Assembly (NCBI GenBank): GCA_013265495.1
Contig: MU058039.1
Location: 1,180,591-1,229,606, forward strand
Direction: 5' to 3'
Source of the DNA: Vicugna vicugna
Taxonomy: Eukaryota
Length of the DNA stretch: 49,016 bases
In this document: positions 30,331 to 42,200 of the stretch, piece after piece
Layout of the letters: every line of letters starts with the position of its first letter
Position numbering within the stretch: the first letter of the stretch is position 1
Notes under the pieces: model-generated
The model's database searches: none
The model's input: the letters and a program-made list of their open reading frames with translations, nothing else
What the model was told of the DNA's origin: nothing
Position numbers and translations under genes: made by a program

Positions 30331-31115
30331 CTGGGCAGAGGATAGGGGACAGTGAGCCATATTGGGGGACAGGAGGGTGGCTGCTCCTCTCTGCATCCCC
30401 ACCTCCTGTCACCACAGCTAGAAGTCACCCAGAGCACCTAACTGAATGGCACGGGGCTCTGACAGGTTGTGGGAGTTGGCGAGAGAAGGAGAGAGAAGGA
30501 AAGAGGCAGATGAAGACAAGAGACCAAAATAGATTTAAAAAGGAGAGAAACAGAGACACAGGGACAAACATACAGAACAGACAGGGAAAGAGACAGAGAA
30601 ACACAAAAGACAAAGACAGTCAGTAACTGAGTAGAGGATTAAGTAAATGAATAAATGAGTTAGACAGACTCAGTGAATAAATGAGTATGTGGTTGGGTCA
30701 CAGATGAACATATGACCCAGACTAAGCCCATGAAAATCAATCCGGGGACTTTTGCTGAAATTTTTAGAAAGAGGCACTTTTTTTTTTACACACCTCCCCC
30801 AGGGTGGTAGGAGGATCCCACAGCTGTGGGGGCCATTTTTGTGTCCATGAGGGGAAAGCCTGCCTGTAAGTGAAGCTAACCTAGAACGAGGAATAGAAAA
30901 ACACATTCACAACATCCACTATGCACCTGGATCCAGCTGTGCCTGAAGCTTATTAGTTTTGAGAGCAAATAAAGGTTCTTTTGACTTGCTCGTGTTTGAT
31001 TTGTGAGCGAGAATAAGCCAACAGTGAAAGCAGAGAGAAGGACCCAGGGCACCAGCCCCTCCCGCCGTGACTGTGCTCCGGTCCTGGTGGGGGTCTCCGC
31101 GGGAGTTTCTCTCAC

Positions 31116-31284
31116 CAGTGCAGTGGCGCCCACAAGGGACTCCTTGGCCAAGGCATGGCGCAGGGCAGAGAAGAGGCCTGGGGTGCCTTGCCTCAGGTAG
31201 AGCACCTCACCCACACCGCCTGTGAAGTCCACGAAAGCCTCATTCATGTGGCCGCCTCGCATCACCTCATAGGATCCGTGGAGC
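31116..31284 (-). CDS. CAPN12: CAPN12 exon 5 (169 bp)
   Basis: cacag|LHGSYEVMRGGHMNEAFVDFTGGVGEVLYLRQGTPGLFSALRHALAKESLVGATAL|gtgaga. Confidence 0.95.
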
Positions 31285-32012
31285 CTGTGGGAGCAGGTTC
31301 GGGGTGGGGTGTCTGAGGCATGTGGGTGTATCTCGGGCAACCCTTGAGATGTGGGGGGCCTTTGTCCACAAATTTCCCCATGGTCTATCCCGAATTTCTA
31401 CACTCTTGAGGTGTGCACACTCTGGAAGCCCTTGGAAATCGAGCTGGCGGCTCCTGGGGCCACTGGGACTGCATGATTTGGGGGTCACAGGAAACCTCTG
31501 TCAGAATTCTGGGCTTCGTAGGGGCTGAGTCTGACACTGAGTCTCTGGGAGATGTCTGCTTTGGGGGTGATCCCGATGGGGCTTGTCAGGGATTTCAGAG
31601 CTGCAGGATTGGGGGAAGCCAAGCTGTGAGAGTCCTGGGGATTACATCCAATATTCGGAGGTGCCTTAGGTTTCTTGATGGAGAGATTGTCTGAGATTAC
31701 AGGTTCCCTAGCGAGGGGTCAATCTTAGACTTGGTGACTCTGGGGCCTGATACATGAGATCTCAGTCTCCTTCAGAAATACGGGTATTTGGTAGGGCTCT
31801 AGGAGGATTTTGTGTAAATGCTGATAGAGGGAAGGGTTTCTGACTTGGAGGTCCTCAGGCGATGGTGTGACATTAGGGTCCTGGGTGCCATGCCTTGGTT
31901 GGAGATCTTTGGTGGGGTGTCTGGAGGATCCCAGAAGCCAGGGGGCTCTGAGGGTCCCCTGTGGCCAGCTGGCTGCAACTTGGGTTGGCACTGGGGGGTT
32001 TGGGGTCCTTAC

Positions 32013-32146
32013 TTGGCATAGGCCTTCTCCAGGAGTGGGGCCCAGAACTCGTTCCGCTGAGCTGAGCGCACGAACACCAGCTTCCCCTCACGCACAGGCA
32101 GCCTGTCATCCACCACGACGTCCACCCAGTGGCCAAACTGCCAGAG
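32013..32146 (-). CDS. CAPN12: CAPN12 exon 4 (134 bp)
   Basis: accag|[44 protein letters not shown](K)|gtaagg. Confidence 0.95.
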
Positions 32147-32320
32147 CTGGTGGGAGAAGGGGTGGGGCCGGGCTCAGCTTCTCCTGACCTCCGACCCTGC
32201 CTGTGACCCTGACCCTGCTGTACCAGCCCAAGAATTACAGCCCCAAGGAGACAGTGTCAACTGTGCAACCCGTGTCACCATGGGGGAAACCGAGGCTTGA
32301 ACAGAGGAACTATGCTTTAC

Positions 32321-32439
32321 CTGGAAATGGAAGATACCTGCATAGCCACCTTGGAAACCCTGTCCTGGGGGGACCACCCGGCACAGGAGTCGGGGGTACA
32401 GAGTGAGGGAGGCAGCGGCGGCAAGAAACCAGCAGTTAC
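32321..32439 (-). CDS. CAPN12: CAPN12 exon 3 (119 bp, catalytic Cys)
   Basis: cccag|(G)[39 protein letters not shown]|gtaaag. Confidence 0.95.
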
Positions 32440-32644
32440 CTGGGAGGAAGAGCTAGGATGGGTGAGGATGGAAAGTGGGAGACAGAGGTGCGAGGAGAGA
32501 ACAGAGTGAGAGGGAGACAGAGGCAGGGACGGGGATAGATTGAGGGGCTGGGGGCGGGGCAGAGCGAGGCTGAGGGCAGGGCTGTCAGGGTCCCAGCTGC
32601 AACTTGCCGGACCCATGGGCTCAGCGTGGGTTCAGTGGTCTCAC

Positions 32645-32714
32645 CCAGGCTCCCCTGACACACGTCTGTCCGGCTCATGTCCTCACAGATGAACTGGGGC
32701 TCAGCACAAAACTC
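32645..32714 (-). CDS. CAPN12: CAPN12 exon 2 (70 bp)
   Basis: tcctag|EFCAEPQFICEDMSRTDVCQGSL(G)|gtgaga. Confidence 0.94.
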
Positions 32715-32934
32715 CTAGGAGTGATGGGGGATTCCAGGCCTCAGCCAGGAAGGGGAGGGAAGAAGCAACTGGGAGGTCAGATGCCTGGGTCCCCTTCTGC
32801 CTTCAGTGCTCCGGAGTAATGAGTGCCTCCAACCCCAGAAGAGGCTTGTAAAGCCTATGGACAGGTGTTTGGCCTCCCTGGTCCTCCCCTGACCCAGGAT
32901 GGCTGAGCCTGCTCTGAGTCAGTCCCACAGAGAC

Positions 32935-33072
32935 CTTTCCTCCCTCAGACCCAGGAGTCGGAACTCCCAGACCTTCCTCCTCAGATCCAAGCCTCCAGCC
33001 CCTTCCTCCCTCAGACCCGGGAGCCCAGCCCCCCAACCACATCCTCCCTCAGACCCAGGAGCCCAGCCCCCA
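32935..33072 (+). repeat. MSR1-like minisatellite (about 4 degenerate units) in CAPN12 intron 1
   Basis: Repeated core TCCTCCCTCAGACCC(A/G)GGAG(T/C)C, matching my recollection of the MSR1 unit. Confidence 0.75.
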
Positions 33073-33084
33073 TCCACACATTAC

Positions 33085-33321
33085 ATGCGGCCTCTTCCAT
33101 TCCACCCCTTTGGCCTTCTTCGAGTTCGGTCCCAGCTGGTTATAGCCAAGAGAATCAGGGCCAGCAGGGAAGTAGGGATCTTGGAACAGGATTCCCTCAT
33201 CCAGGCAGGCTGCTCGGATTGCATTGTAGTTCTGGCCCCGAAAAAGCTTCGGGCCCCTGGTCCCAGGCCCTGCCTCCTCATTCACCAGCTGAATGGTGAC
33301 CCTCCTGCTTCCACACGCCAT
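33085..33321 (-). CDS. CAPN12: CAPN12 exon 1 coding (237 bp)
   Basis: MACGSRRVTIQLVNEEAG...LFQDPYFPAGPDSLGYNQLGPNSKKAKGVEWKRPH|gtaatg. Confidence 0.93.
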
Positions 33322-33905
33322 CAGGACACTGGCTCCCAGGCTGGTTCCAGGCCCTTTAACCTCCTGAGTCATAGGGGTGGGGCCATCCCCTCCATCAGAG
33401 CCCAGGTGGGGGGTCTTTAGTGAGGAGCCTTCCCTCGTTAATACTAATTGACGGTTTGTGGTGCTGGATAGCAGGGACGCCTCTTTAGTGGTTTCCTCCC
33501 CAGGGCGTGAGGCCTTCAACTGTGCCAGGGTAGCAGCTTAATGGGCTTGGCCAGCAGCAGGAGGGAAGGAGGACAGAGCTGAAGGAGGACCGGCTGCCGC
33601 TGTGGGAGTGCCTAGAAGGAGGTCAGTAGGGGGTGGGTCACTGCCAGCTTGGACCTGTGTGTCTTCCTCTGGGGGGCCAAGGAGGGCAGGGATGGTGAGG
33701 GAGGCATGTTTACCTCTGTGTCTGTATCTCTCTGTCTCTTCACTAACAGTTTCTCTGCCTGCCATTGTATCTCTCTTCCCCATCTTGGCCTCATAATCTC
33801 TGTCCACCTCTCTTGTCTCCTTTGGTCTTTCTCCTTTTTTTGTTTGTATCTTCATATCTGTCTGTGTCTCTCTCTGTATCTCCCTCTGTTTCCATCCCTC
33901 TCTCT

Positions 33906-34457
33906 TTTTTTTAAATTGAAGTATTGTCAGTTTACAATGTTATGTTAATTTCTGATGTACAGCATAGTGATTCAGTTACACATATATATATTCCTTTTCA
34001 TATTCTTTTTCATTATAGGCTATTACAAAATACTGAATATAGTTCCATATGCTCTACAGTAGGACCTTGTTGTTTATCTATTTTATCTATTTTATATAGT
34101 AGTTAGTACCTGCAAATCCCAAACTCCCAATTTATCCCTCCACCTTGCCCCCATAACCGTAAGTTTGTTTTCTATGTCTATGAGTCTGTTTCTGTTTTGA
34201 AAATAAGTTCATTTGTGTTATTTTTTTAGATGCCACATATATGTGAGATCATACAGTATTTTTCTTTCTCTTTTTGGCTTATTTCATTTAGGATGATGAT
34301 CTCCAGGCCCATCCCTGTTGCTGCCAATGGCATTATCTTATTCTTTTTATGGCTGAGTAATATTCCATTGTATGCATATACCACAGCTTCTTTATCCAGG
34401 CGTCTGCCAATGGGCATTTAGGTTGCTTCCATGTTTTGGTTATTGTCAATGGTGCTA
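33906..34457 (-). mobile_element. 5'-truncated L1 (3' end) with target-site duplication
   Basis: Starts with poly-T then reverse L1 3' UTR and ORF2 C-terminus (KTWKQPKCPLADAWIKKLWYMHTMEYYSAIK in ORF 34333..34527). TSD CCATCCCTCTCTCT at 33892-33905 and 34458-34471. Confidence 0.9.
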
Positions 34458-35089
34458 CCATCCCTCTCTCTTTATATCTCTTCCAATGTCTCTTTTTCTT
34501 GCTGCATCTGTCTTGTACATGCCTCACTGTCTGTCCCTCTCCATTTTCCTCCCTGTCCTTGTAACTCCTCAGTCACCCACCACGGGACTCTGAGCCATCA
34601 GGACCCCTGTCTCTCTGCTCCCTGACAAAGCAGATCTCAGCCTGGTCGCCCCAGGCAGGGCTTCTCATGGAGGCGCTGCTCTGCACCTACCTGCACCTAC
34701 CTGCCCTAGGCTGAAAGGCGGGCCCATTAGTGACCATGACACCCCACCCTGCCTACCTGTGGCTCAGGATTCGGTGGAGCAGTATTTCCCCCAAAGGACA
34801 CTGCAGCCATTGAAAGATATGGGAGAAATAGATTTCAGGAGGCCAGAAACTCACCAGTTTTCTTCCCAGCCAAACTTCCACACTCAGCAGGGCCATCTCC
34901 TGCCCTGGCAGAGCCCTGTCTCCTCTGTGGCACCTTGATGACCCTCAGCCCTTTGGGATCCTTCCCTCCAAATGGACCAATGGATATTGTCTCTGTCCGC
35001 TGCTATGTGGCTACCAAAGTGGGGTTATAAACAGGTTTTCTTCCTATAGAATTGCTAAGACCAACTCCCCCACCCCTGTACCATGTGAG

Positions 35090-35325
35090 GCAGATGACAG
35101 GGTTAGGAGCCAGAGGGCCTGGGTTCAAATCCCAGCTCTGCCACTTAGAACTGTGTGTCCTGGGCAAGGCACTTAAACCTCTCTGTGCCTCAGTTCTTCA
35201 TCTCTACAACGGGGGTAATAATAAGACCTACCTTGGAGGGTTGTTGTGACAAGCAAATGAGATACTACATGGGACATGTGCAGAGCAGTGCCTGACATGT
35301 AGTAAGTGCTCAGTGAAGACTAGAT
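35090..35325 (+). mobile_element. MIR SINE, near full length
   Basis: ggagccagagggcctgggttcaaatcccagctctgccactt...cttaaacctctctgtgcctcagtt...gtaagtgctcagt. Confidence 0.85.
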
Positions 35326-36986
35326 GTTCTGACTACCTTCTGCAACCCCATCCACGTCACTTATCACCTCTGGCTCTGGCTGCTGTCTCTGCCATTTCCA
35401 CGGTCACTTCCACTATCTGTGCTCCACATTCTCAACCCGCAGGGTCACAGCCCTCTCCCCTTTATTGGCCCCCAAAGCACCACTAACTGTAGGAGAAAGC
35501 TTTTAGTAAAACCTGGCTGACATCTTGCAATGATGTGAAAACCCTGTCCCATCCGCCGGCCTCCTTCCTGCCCCTTCCCAGCCCCTCCTGCAGGCCCCTC
35601 CTGGCTGCTGCTCCTCCTGGCTCTCATCTGGCTGCCACACTGCAGGGTTCTGCTCACATCCCACAGTCAAGAGTTCTCTGGATTATCATTCCCCAGATCT
35701 CCCCCTTCTCCTTGCATCCAGGGTCCCAAATACTCTTTCCCCAGCCAAGGTAAGAAAAACACATGGATGTCACTATAGTGGATGTATGTTGCTTTGTGAG
35801 CCCAGCACCCCCTACTGCTCTCTGGAGTCAGTATCCCCCTTATGTTTTGGGGACCCCACAAATAAGGGACTTATTCTCAGGTCACAAGTCTCTCTAAGGG
35901 CTGGCCCCTCCCACCAGCTCCAGAGAAGGGCATGTGACCTAGACCAGCCAATCAGAGCAGGGCAGCCCAGGCCACGCCCCTAGCCTCACCTCTGTGCAGA
36001 TAGTAAGGGCGGGGATTCTCTCGCCCTGGGGCCACTAGGCTGGCAGGATGTAAGCCCCGAGTGGCCCCGGGCTCTACCTTGGCTGCGTCTCCCGGAGACC
36101 CTGCCTGAGGAAGGGCGTTGCTGAGCGAAGCAGAGCTAGGCATGGGCAGAGAGAAAAGATTCCCCCACATGATACCTGGAATGTGATATAAAGGGACACT
36201 TCCTCTTATTTGCTGCTTAGTTGCCGTGAGGCACAGTTCATAAAAGAAAGACCAGGTACTTCCTTGATTCTTTCTCTTTATTTACCACTTTTCAGAGCAA
36301 CACTAGTTTATTAAATATCTGTATATGGGTCAGAATTCCTTTTGAGAGCTTTCACTGTAACAGATCACCTAGTAGTGAGGTTGTGTTGGGGAAAGGCTTT
36401 CCTTCAATACTTGGCAGCTACTGTTGCCTGTCCAAAAGAGTTGATACCTGAGGCAAGGCGTCTGTATCCCAGTACCATCCAGTCATTAGCATGGACCACC
36501 ACCTGGGAGGGTCCTAATGATGGGTGAGACAGTTCCCTGCGACAGAGGGCACTTCCCAGTGAGGAACACAGCTGTGAGATGCCAGGAGCCCAAAGTCCTA
36601 GCACATCCTAGGTCTGTCCACTGAGAGAGGCTGTCTGGGGAGCTTTTCTGCAAATTTGTGGTTATTTTAAAAGCAGAACAAATGCTATCTAAAAATGACT
36701 GAAATGGTTATTAAAAATGATTCTGCAGGCAAAGCTGGTCTTTGTCGTCTCCATGCTGCTTGGGTGGCCTCATAGAGGCCCCACATGCTGGGGCAGTGGG
36801 ATCAAAGAATAAAAATAAAACTCTCAATTGTATCAACAGAAAGTGAAATGAGTTACTGGGAAGAAAAAATAACTATATTATCTTCATATTACTTGTGGAG
36901 AGTTAACAGCTAACATTGAATTCTTGACATTGATAATTAAGTAACCCTAGGTTCAAGTATGAGCTTAAAAAAAATCTATCATTAGT

Positions 36987-37116
36987 GGGGCGAGTAAGGC
37001 TCAGTGGTAGAGCATGTGCTAGCATGCACAGGTCCTGGGTTCAATCCCCAGCCCACCGTTAAAAATAAATAAACCTAGTAAATAAATAAATAAATGAACC
37101 TAATTACCCTCCCCCC
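36987..37116 (+). mobile_element. tRNA-derived SINE (camelid Vic-1-like)
   Basis: A box GCTCAGTGGTAGAGC, B box GGTTCAATCCC, tail aaataaataaa-cctaattaccctcccc; flanking aaatctatc repeat. Confidence 0.8.
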
Positions 37117-37351
37117 CAAATCTATCTCTAATCATGAATAGAGTAAGAACAAATCAATAGGACAGCTTAAAAAGAAAAAAGAAGAAAAGCTAATCCATTT
37201 GGCAAAGGCCAAAAAACAAAGGGAAAATGCAGGGACTCATAAAAATGAAAACAGAAAGTATGAGAAAATGACCAAAGTAAAGCCAAACACAATAGTTTTA
37301 ACACTATTTAGCAAATGTGTGAAACTTGCGAGTAAGTAAAAAAAGAACTAA

Positions 37352-37470
37352 CTGTAGTGATGTTTGCACAACCCAGTAAGTATACAACAAAACGTTGAAC
37401 TGTACACTTTAAATGGGTGAATTGTATGGTATGCAAACTATATCTCAACAAAGCTGTTATTTTTTAAAAT
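37352..37470 (+). mobile_element. L1M 3'-end fragment
   Basis: ttgaactgtacactttaaatgggtgaattgtatggtatgcaaactatatctcaacaaagctgtt. Confidence 0.75.
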
Positions 37471-37779
37471 CCAATGGCATTGGGGTTTGGGGAAAAGAAG
37501 GAAAGTTGAAACATTCATTCTAAAGTGTCTCTGAAGGAAAACTTACTATTTAGGACTTACCTACTAAATAGTTAACATGTCTTATGAAACTGAAATAAAT
37601 AATGTTACAGTAACACAAAAATAGAACAATGGGAAAAAAAGAGTCTAGAAATATACCTATCACATGTTAAAATTTGATGTATAATTGAGATGTCAATTCA
37701 CATCTCAAGGTGACAAAGCAACCAACAAATTGGTCATTTAACACTTAGAAAAAAGATATAGCAACTCTACTCTACTGGG

Positions 37780-37884
37780 CTTGTTTTCTTTTTTCTTTTT
37801 TCACTTAATGGAGGTTCTGGGGATTGAACCCAGGATCTTGTACATGCTAGGCATGTGCTGTACCACTGAGCTATACCCACCCCC
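37780..37884 (-). mobile_element. tRNA-derived SINE (Vic-1-like)
   Basis: ctggggattgaacccagg...taccactgagctatacc; flanked by approximate TSD aaaagatatagcaactcta / aaaagtatatcaactcta. Confidence 0.82.
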
Positions 37885-38002
37885 TCAAAAGTATATCAAC
37901 TCTAGATGGACTAAAGAATAACATTTGAAAGTTACAAAGAAACTAAAATGTCTTACCTCAAAGTTTAAAAGAATTATATAAGCATAATAACAATGTGGAG
38001 GT

Positions 38003-38135
38003 GGGGAGGGCATAGTTCAAGTGGTAGAGCATATGTTTAGGATACACAAGGTCCTGGGTTCGATCCCCAGTACCTCCTCCAAAAATAAATAAATAAGCAA
38101 ACCTAATTACCCCCCCAAATAATAATAATAAAAAA
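38003..38135 (+). mobile_element. tRNA-derived SINE (Vic-1-like)
   Basis: ggggagggcatagttcaagtggtagagc...gtcctgggttcgatccccagtacctcc...aaataaataa...cctaattaccccc. Confidence 0.85.
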
Positions 38136-38476
38136 GCAACATATGGAATTGCAAGGGAAAATCAGTAAATCTGATTATGTAAAAATCAAAAGCTTCTACA
38201 CATCAGAAAAGCATTGAAATAATGTTTAAACTCAAGACACAATAGGAAATGAGGAAATATGTACATCATACTTGTGATATATGTGACAGAAAAGAGTTTA
38301 GTGTCCTTCATTAATAAAGAGTTCTGACAAATAAATACTCAAAATTATACAATAATAAAATGAACATATACAAAAGCAATGAATTGATCAAAATGTGAAA
38401 AAAAACACATAATAAGAAAACTCAAAATAAAATGACAGTGACATATTTTTGGCTACAATATTCAAAATTAATGAGT

Positions 38477-39061
38477 GTGTTAATCAGGGTTCCCCAGGGA
38501 AACAGAATCTCTCTCTATTCCTATCCCTATCCCTATGTCTATGTCTATCTCTACCTATATCTATATAGAGAGATTTATTATAGCAATTGGCCTACACTAT
38601 TATAGAGATTGACAAGTCCTACAATCTACTATCTGCAAGTTGGAGACCCAGGACCTAGGATATAACTCAGTCTGAGTCTGAAGGCCTGAGAAGCAGGGCA
38701 GCAGACAGTGAAACTCCCAGTCTAAGACTGAAGGCCTAGAAACATAGGGTAGGGGGATGGTGCTGGTGTAAGTCCCAAGAACTAGAAACTCAGATGTCAA
38801 AGGGCAGGAGAAGATGGATGTCCCAGCTCAAGAAGAGAGAGAAAGAGAACTTCCCCCTTCCTTTGACTATTTGTTCTATTCAAGCCCTCAAAGGATTGGA
38901 TGATGTCCACATTGGTGAGGGTGGGTCTTTTTCACACTGTCTGCCGATTCAAATGCTAATCTCTTTTAGAACATCCTCACAGTCACACCCAGAAATTATG
39001 TCTTACCAGCTATCTGGGCATCCCTTAGTCCAGTTAAGTTGACACAAAATTAACTATCACA
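38477..39061. mobile_element. MLT2-type (ERVL) solo LTR
   Basis: Begins tgtgttaatcagggttccccagggaaacagaa, has gagatttattatagcaattggc, ends ccagttaagttgacacaaaattaactatcaca (TG...CA). Confidence 0.8.
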
Positions 39062-39087
39062 ACATAGTTTGCCAACTCCTCTTTCAC

Positions 39088-39267
39088 ATGACTGCAACTC
39101 CACTGACGGTTTGACTATAACTTCATGAGAAATCTTGAGCCACAACCACCCAGGTAAGCCAGCCCCAGACTCCTAACTTCAGAAACTGGGTACGATAATA
39201 AATACTTGTTGTTTCATGGTGCTAAGTTTGAGAGTAAGTTGTTATGCAGCAATACATAACTAATACA
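39088..39267 (+). mobile_element. MLT1-type (MaLR) LTR 3' fragment
   Basis: cttcagaaactgggtacgataataaatacttgttgttt...gctaagtttgagagtaagttgttatgcagcaatacataactaataca. Confidence 0.8.
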
Positions 39268-42200
39268 TTGTCAGACTGGATAAAAAAGCAAGATCCAACT
39301 ACATGCTGTCTACAAAAGACACAATCTAGATCTAAAGAGACAAATAAGTTGAAAGTAAAATGTTGGGAAAATATACATATTGCAAACAGTAACTATAAGA
39401 GAGTTTGAAGGACAACATTTATATCAGACACAATAGATGTTAAAAGAAATTTTACTAGAGACGAAGAGGGACATTTAACATTAAAATGGTCAATACATCA
39501 GATGTATATAGAAAGTATAAAAGTGTACTATAATAGAGCCCCCAAATACATGACAGAATGAAAGGATAAACAATAATTTTAGTTGTAGATGTCAATACCC
39601 CTCTTTCAGCAATTGACAGAACAACCAACATAAATGATTAAGGATGTAGAAGACATAAATACTGTTAATCAGTTTAACCTAATGCTTAACACTCCACCTT
39701 AGCAAAAGCAGAATATACTTTCCTTTCAAGCACACTTGGAAAATTTTGCAGAGTAGACAGACCATTTGCAAGGCCATAACATAAGTCTCAATAACTTTAC
39801 ACAAATTGAAATCATACAAAGTATGTTCTCCAACCATAATGGAATTAAGGTAGGACTCAATCCATAAAAAGAATTCTAGGAGTCTCTAAATATGTGGAAA
39901 TTAAACAGCACCCTTCTAGATGACCTATGTGTCACAGAAAAAATCAAAAGAGAATTAGGTAATACCTTGAGCTGAATAAAAGCAAAATCACAACATAACA
40001 AAATGTAACATGTAGCTACAGTAGTACACAGAGGGAAATTTATAACTTTAAATACTTATTAGAACAGAAGAAAGACCTAAAATAAATCCAAACTTCAACC
40101 TCAAAAACTAGAAAAAGAAGAGTAAATCAAAATCAAAGTGAATAGAAAGAAATGCTAAAGATCAGAGTAAATCAATGAAATAGAAAACATAAAAGCAATA
40201 GATAAAATCAGTGAACCCAAAAGGTGGCTCTTTAGAAAAATCAACAAAATTAATAAACTTTAGCTAGACTGAACAAGAAATAAAAAAGAAAAAAATAACC
40301 AAAATCAAGAACAAAGGAAAGAACACGACTAACAACCCTATAGAAATTTAAAAAAAAATTATATGGGAACATTATGAATAGCTTTAGGACAACAAATTAG
40401 GCAACTTAGATGAAATGGACATATTCCCAGAAAGGGACAAATTACCAAAACTGACTCAAAAAGAAACTGGAAATATGAATAGACCTATAGCAAATATGAA
40501 AACTGAATAAGTAATTTAAAAATATCTCCACAAAGAAGAGCCAAGGCCCAGATGGTTTCTCTGGTAAATTCTATCAAATATTAAAGGAAAAATAATACAA
40601 ATTTTCAGAAATACTGAAATTTCTGAATTTCAGAAATACTGAGGCAGGCAGAACACTTCCCAAATCATTTTGTGAGGTGGCTATTACCCTAATACCAAAA
40701 CCAAACAAATGTATCAAAAGAAAAGAAAACTACAGATCAATATCTCTCATGAACATAGATGTAAAAATCCTTAAAATACTAGGAAATTGAATCTATTCTA
40801 TACATAAAAATTATTATATGAAGTGAGATTTATACCAGGAATGCAAGGTTGGTTTAACAGCAGAAAATCAAATCATTTCATAAAAACAAAATGACATGAA
40901 AATTTCAACAGACACAGAAGAAGCACTTAACAAAATCCAACACCCATTTATGATAAAAGAAAAGAAAAGCAAAGCTATCAACACACTAGCAATAGAAAGG
41001 AATGTCTTCAATGAGATAAAGGGCATCTGCAGAAAACCTACAGCCAATTATCATACTTCATGGTGAAAAGTTAAATGCTTTCCCACTAACACTGGTTATA
41101 AGGCAAAGATGTCTTTCTACCACATTCATTCAGCATAGTACTGGAGGGTCTAACCAGTGCAATCAGACAAGTGAAAGAAATGAAAGGCATAAAGACTGGA
41201 AAGCAAGAGATAAATATGTTTTTATTAACACAGGTCATGATTATGTACCTTAGAGATTTTTTAAGGAATTTACAGAAAAAGCTGTACGAACCTAGCAAGG
41301 TTGCAGGCTATAACATTGATAAACAAAAAAACAAAACAAACAAATAAAAAACAAAACAGCAGTATTTTCATGGCAGCAATAAACTGGAAATTGAAATTTG
41401 AAAACAATGCCACTTACAAAAGCATCCAAAAACATATAAGCTTAGATATAATTTAATAAAATGCTTACAAGACCTCTACAGTGAAACCTATGAAACACTG
41501 ATGAAAGAATTTCAAAGATGTAAGTAAAGGGATTGATAAACCATATTCATAGATGAGAAGATTAATATTGTTAAGATGTCAGTTCTTCTCAAATTGATTT
41601 ATGCAATCAAAATCCCAAGAGACTTTTTTTGTAAAAATGCTGATGAAATTTTTAAATGTATATGAAAACAAAAAAGACCTACAATAACCAAAATAATTTT
41701 GAAAAGAGGAACAAAATTGCAAGACTTACACTCTGTGATTTTAAGACTTACTGTAAAGCTACAGTAATCAGGAGTATCATATTGGCCTAAAGATAGACAG
41801 AAAGACCAATGAGTCAGAAGGCTGAAGGCCAGAAATGAACTCTGGTCACAGATATGGTCAATTAATTTTGGACAAAATTGCCAAGGTAACTCAATGGGAA
41901 AAAAGGCAGTCTTTTCAACAAATGGTGTTGAAACAGCTGGAAGTCCACATGGTAAGAAATGAACCTCAACCCTTACATCATACCATACAAAAATAACTAA
42001 ATAATGGATCATATACCTAAGCATAAATGCTAACACTATAAAACAGCTAGAAGGAAACATTTCTAAAAATTGTGACTGTAGATAGGGAAATATTTCTTAA
42101 ATAGGACACAAAGGCACAAACTATAACAGAAAACAATGATAGTGTAGAATTCAATTAAACACTTCTGCTCTAAGAAAGACAATTAAAAAATGAAAAGAGA

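Larger units (their letters stand above)
22417..33321 (-). other. CAPN12: CAPN12 (calpain-12) gene, 21 coding exons; as assembled has a premature TAG and lost donor at the end of exon 12 (truncated gene, young pseudogene or assembly error)
   Basis: Exons match calpain-12 (MACGSRRVTIQLV...WMEVATFS*). Catalytic Cys (QGSLGNCWFL), His (KGHAYS) and Asn (RNPWG) are present. All junctions are GT/AG and phase-compatible except the exon 12 donor. Confidence 0.95.

Noticed and set aside
35925..35985. GGGCATGTG / CCAAT / GC-box cluster as a distal CAPN12 promoter
   Set aside because: The context ggcatgtgacctagaccagccaatcagag resembles an old MLT1/LTR fragment; function cannot be argued from sequence alone.
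36987..38075. tRNA-like A/B box sequences as tRNA genes
   Set aside because: They have A-rich tails, TSD-like flanks and no intact cloverleaf, so they are SINEs.
41599..42060. 153-aa hydrophobic minus-strand ORF
   Set aside because: Antisense reading of decayed L1 ORF2.
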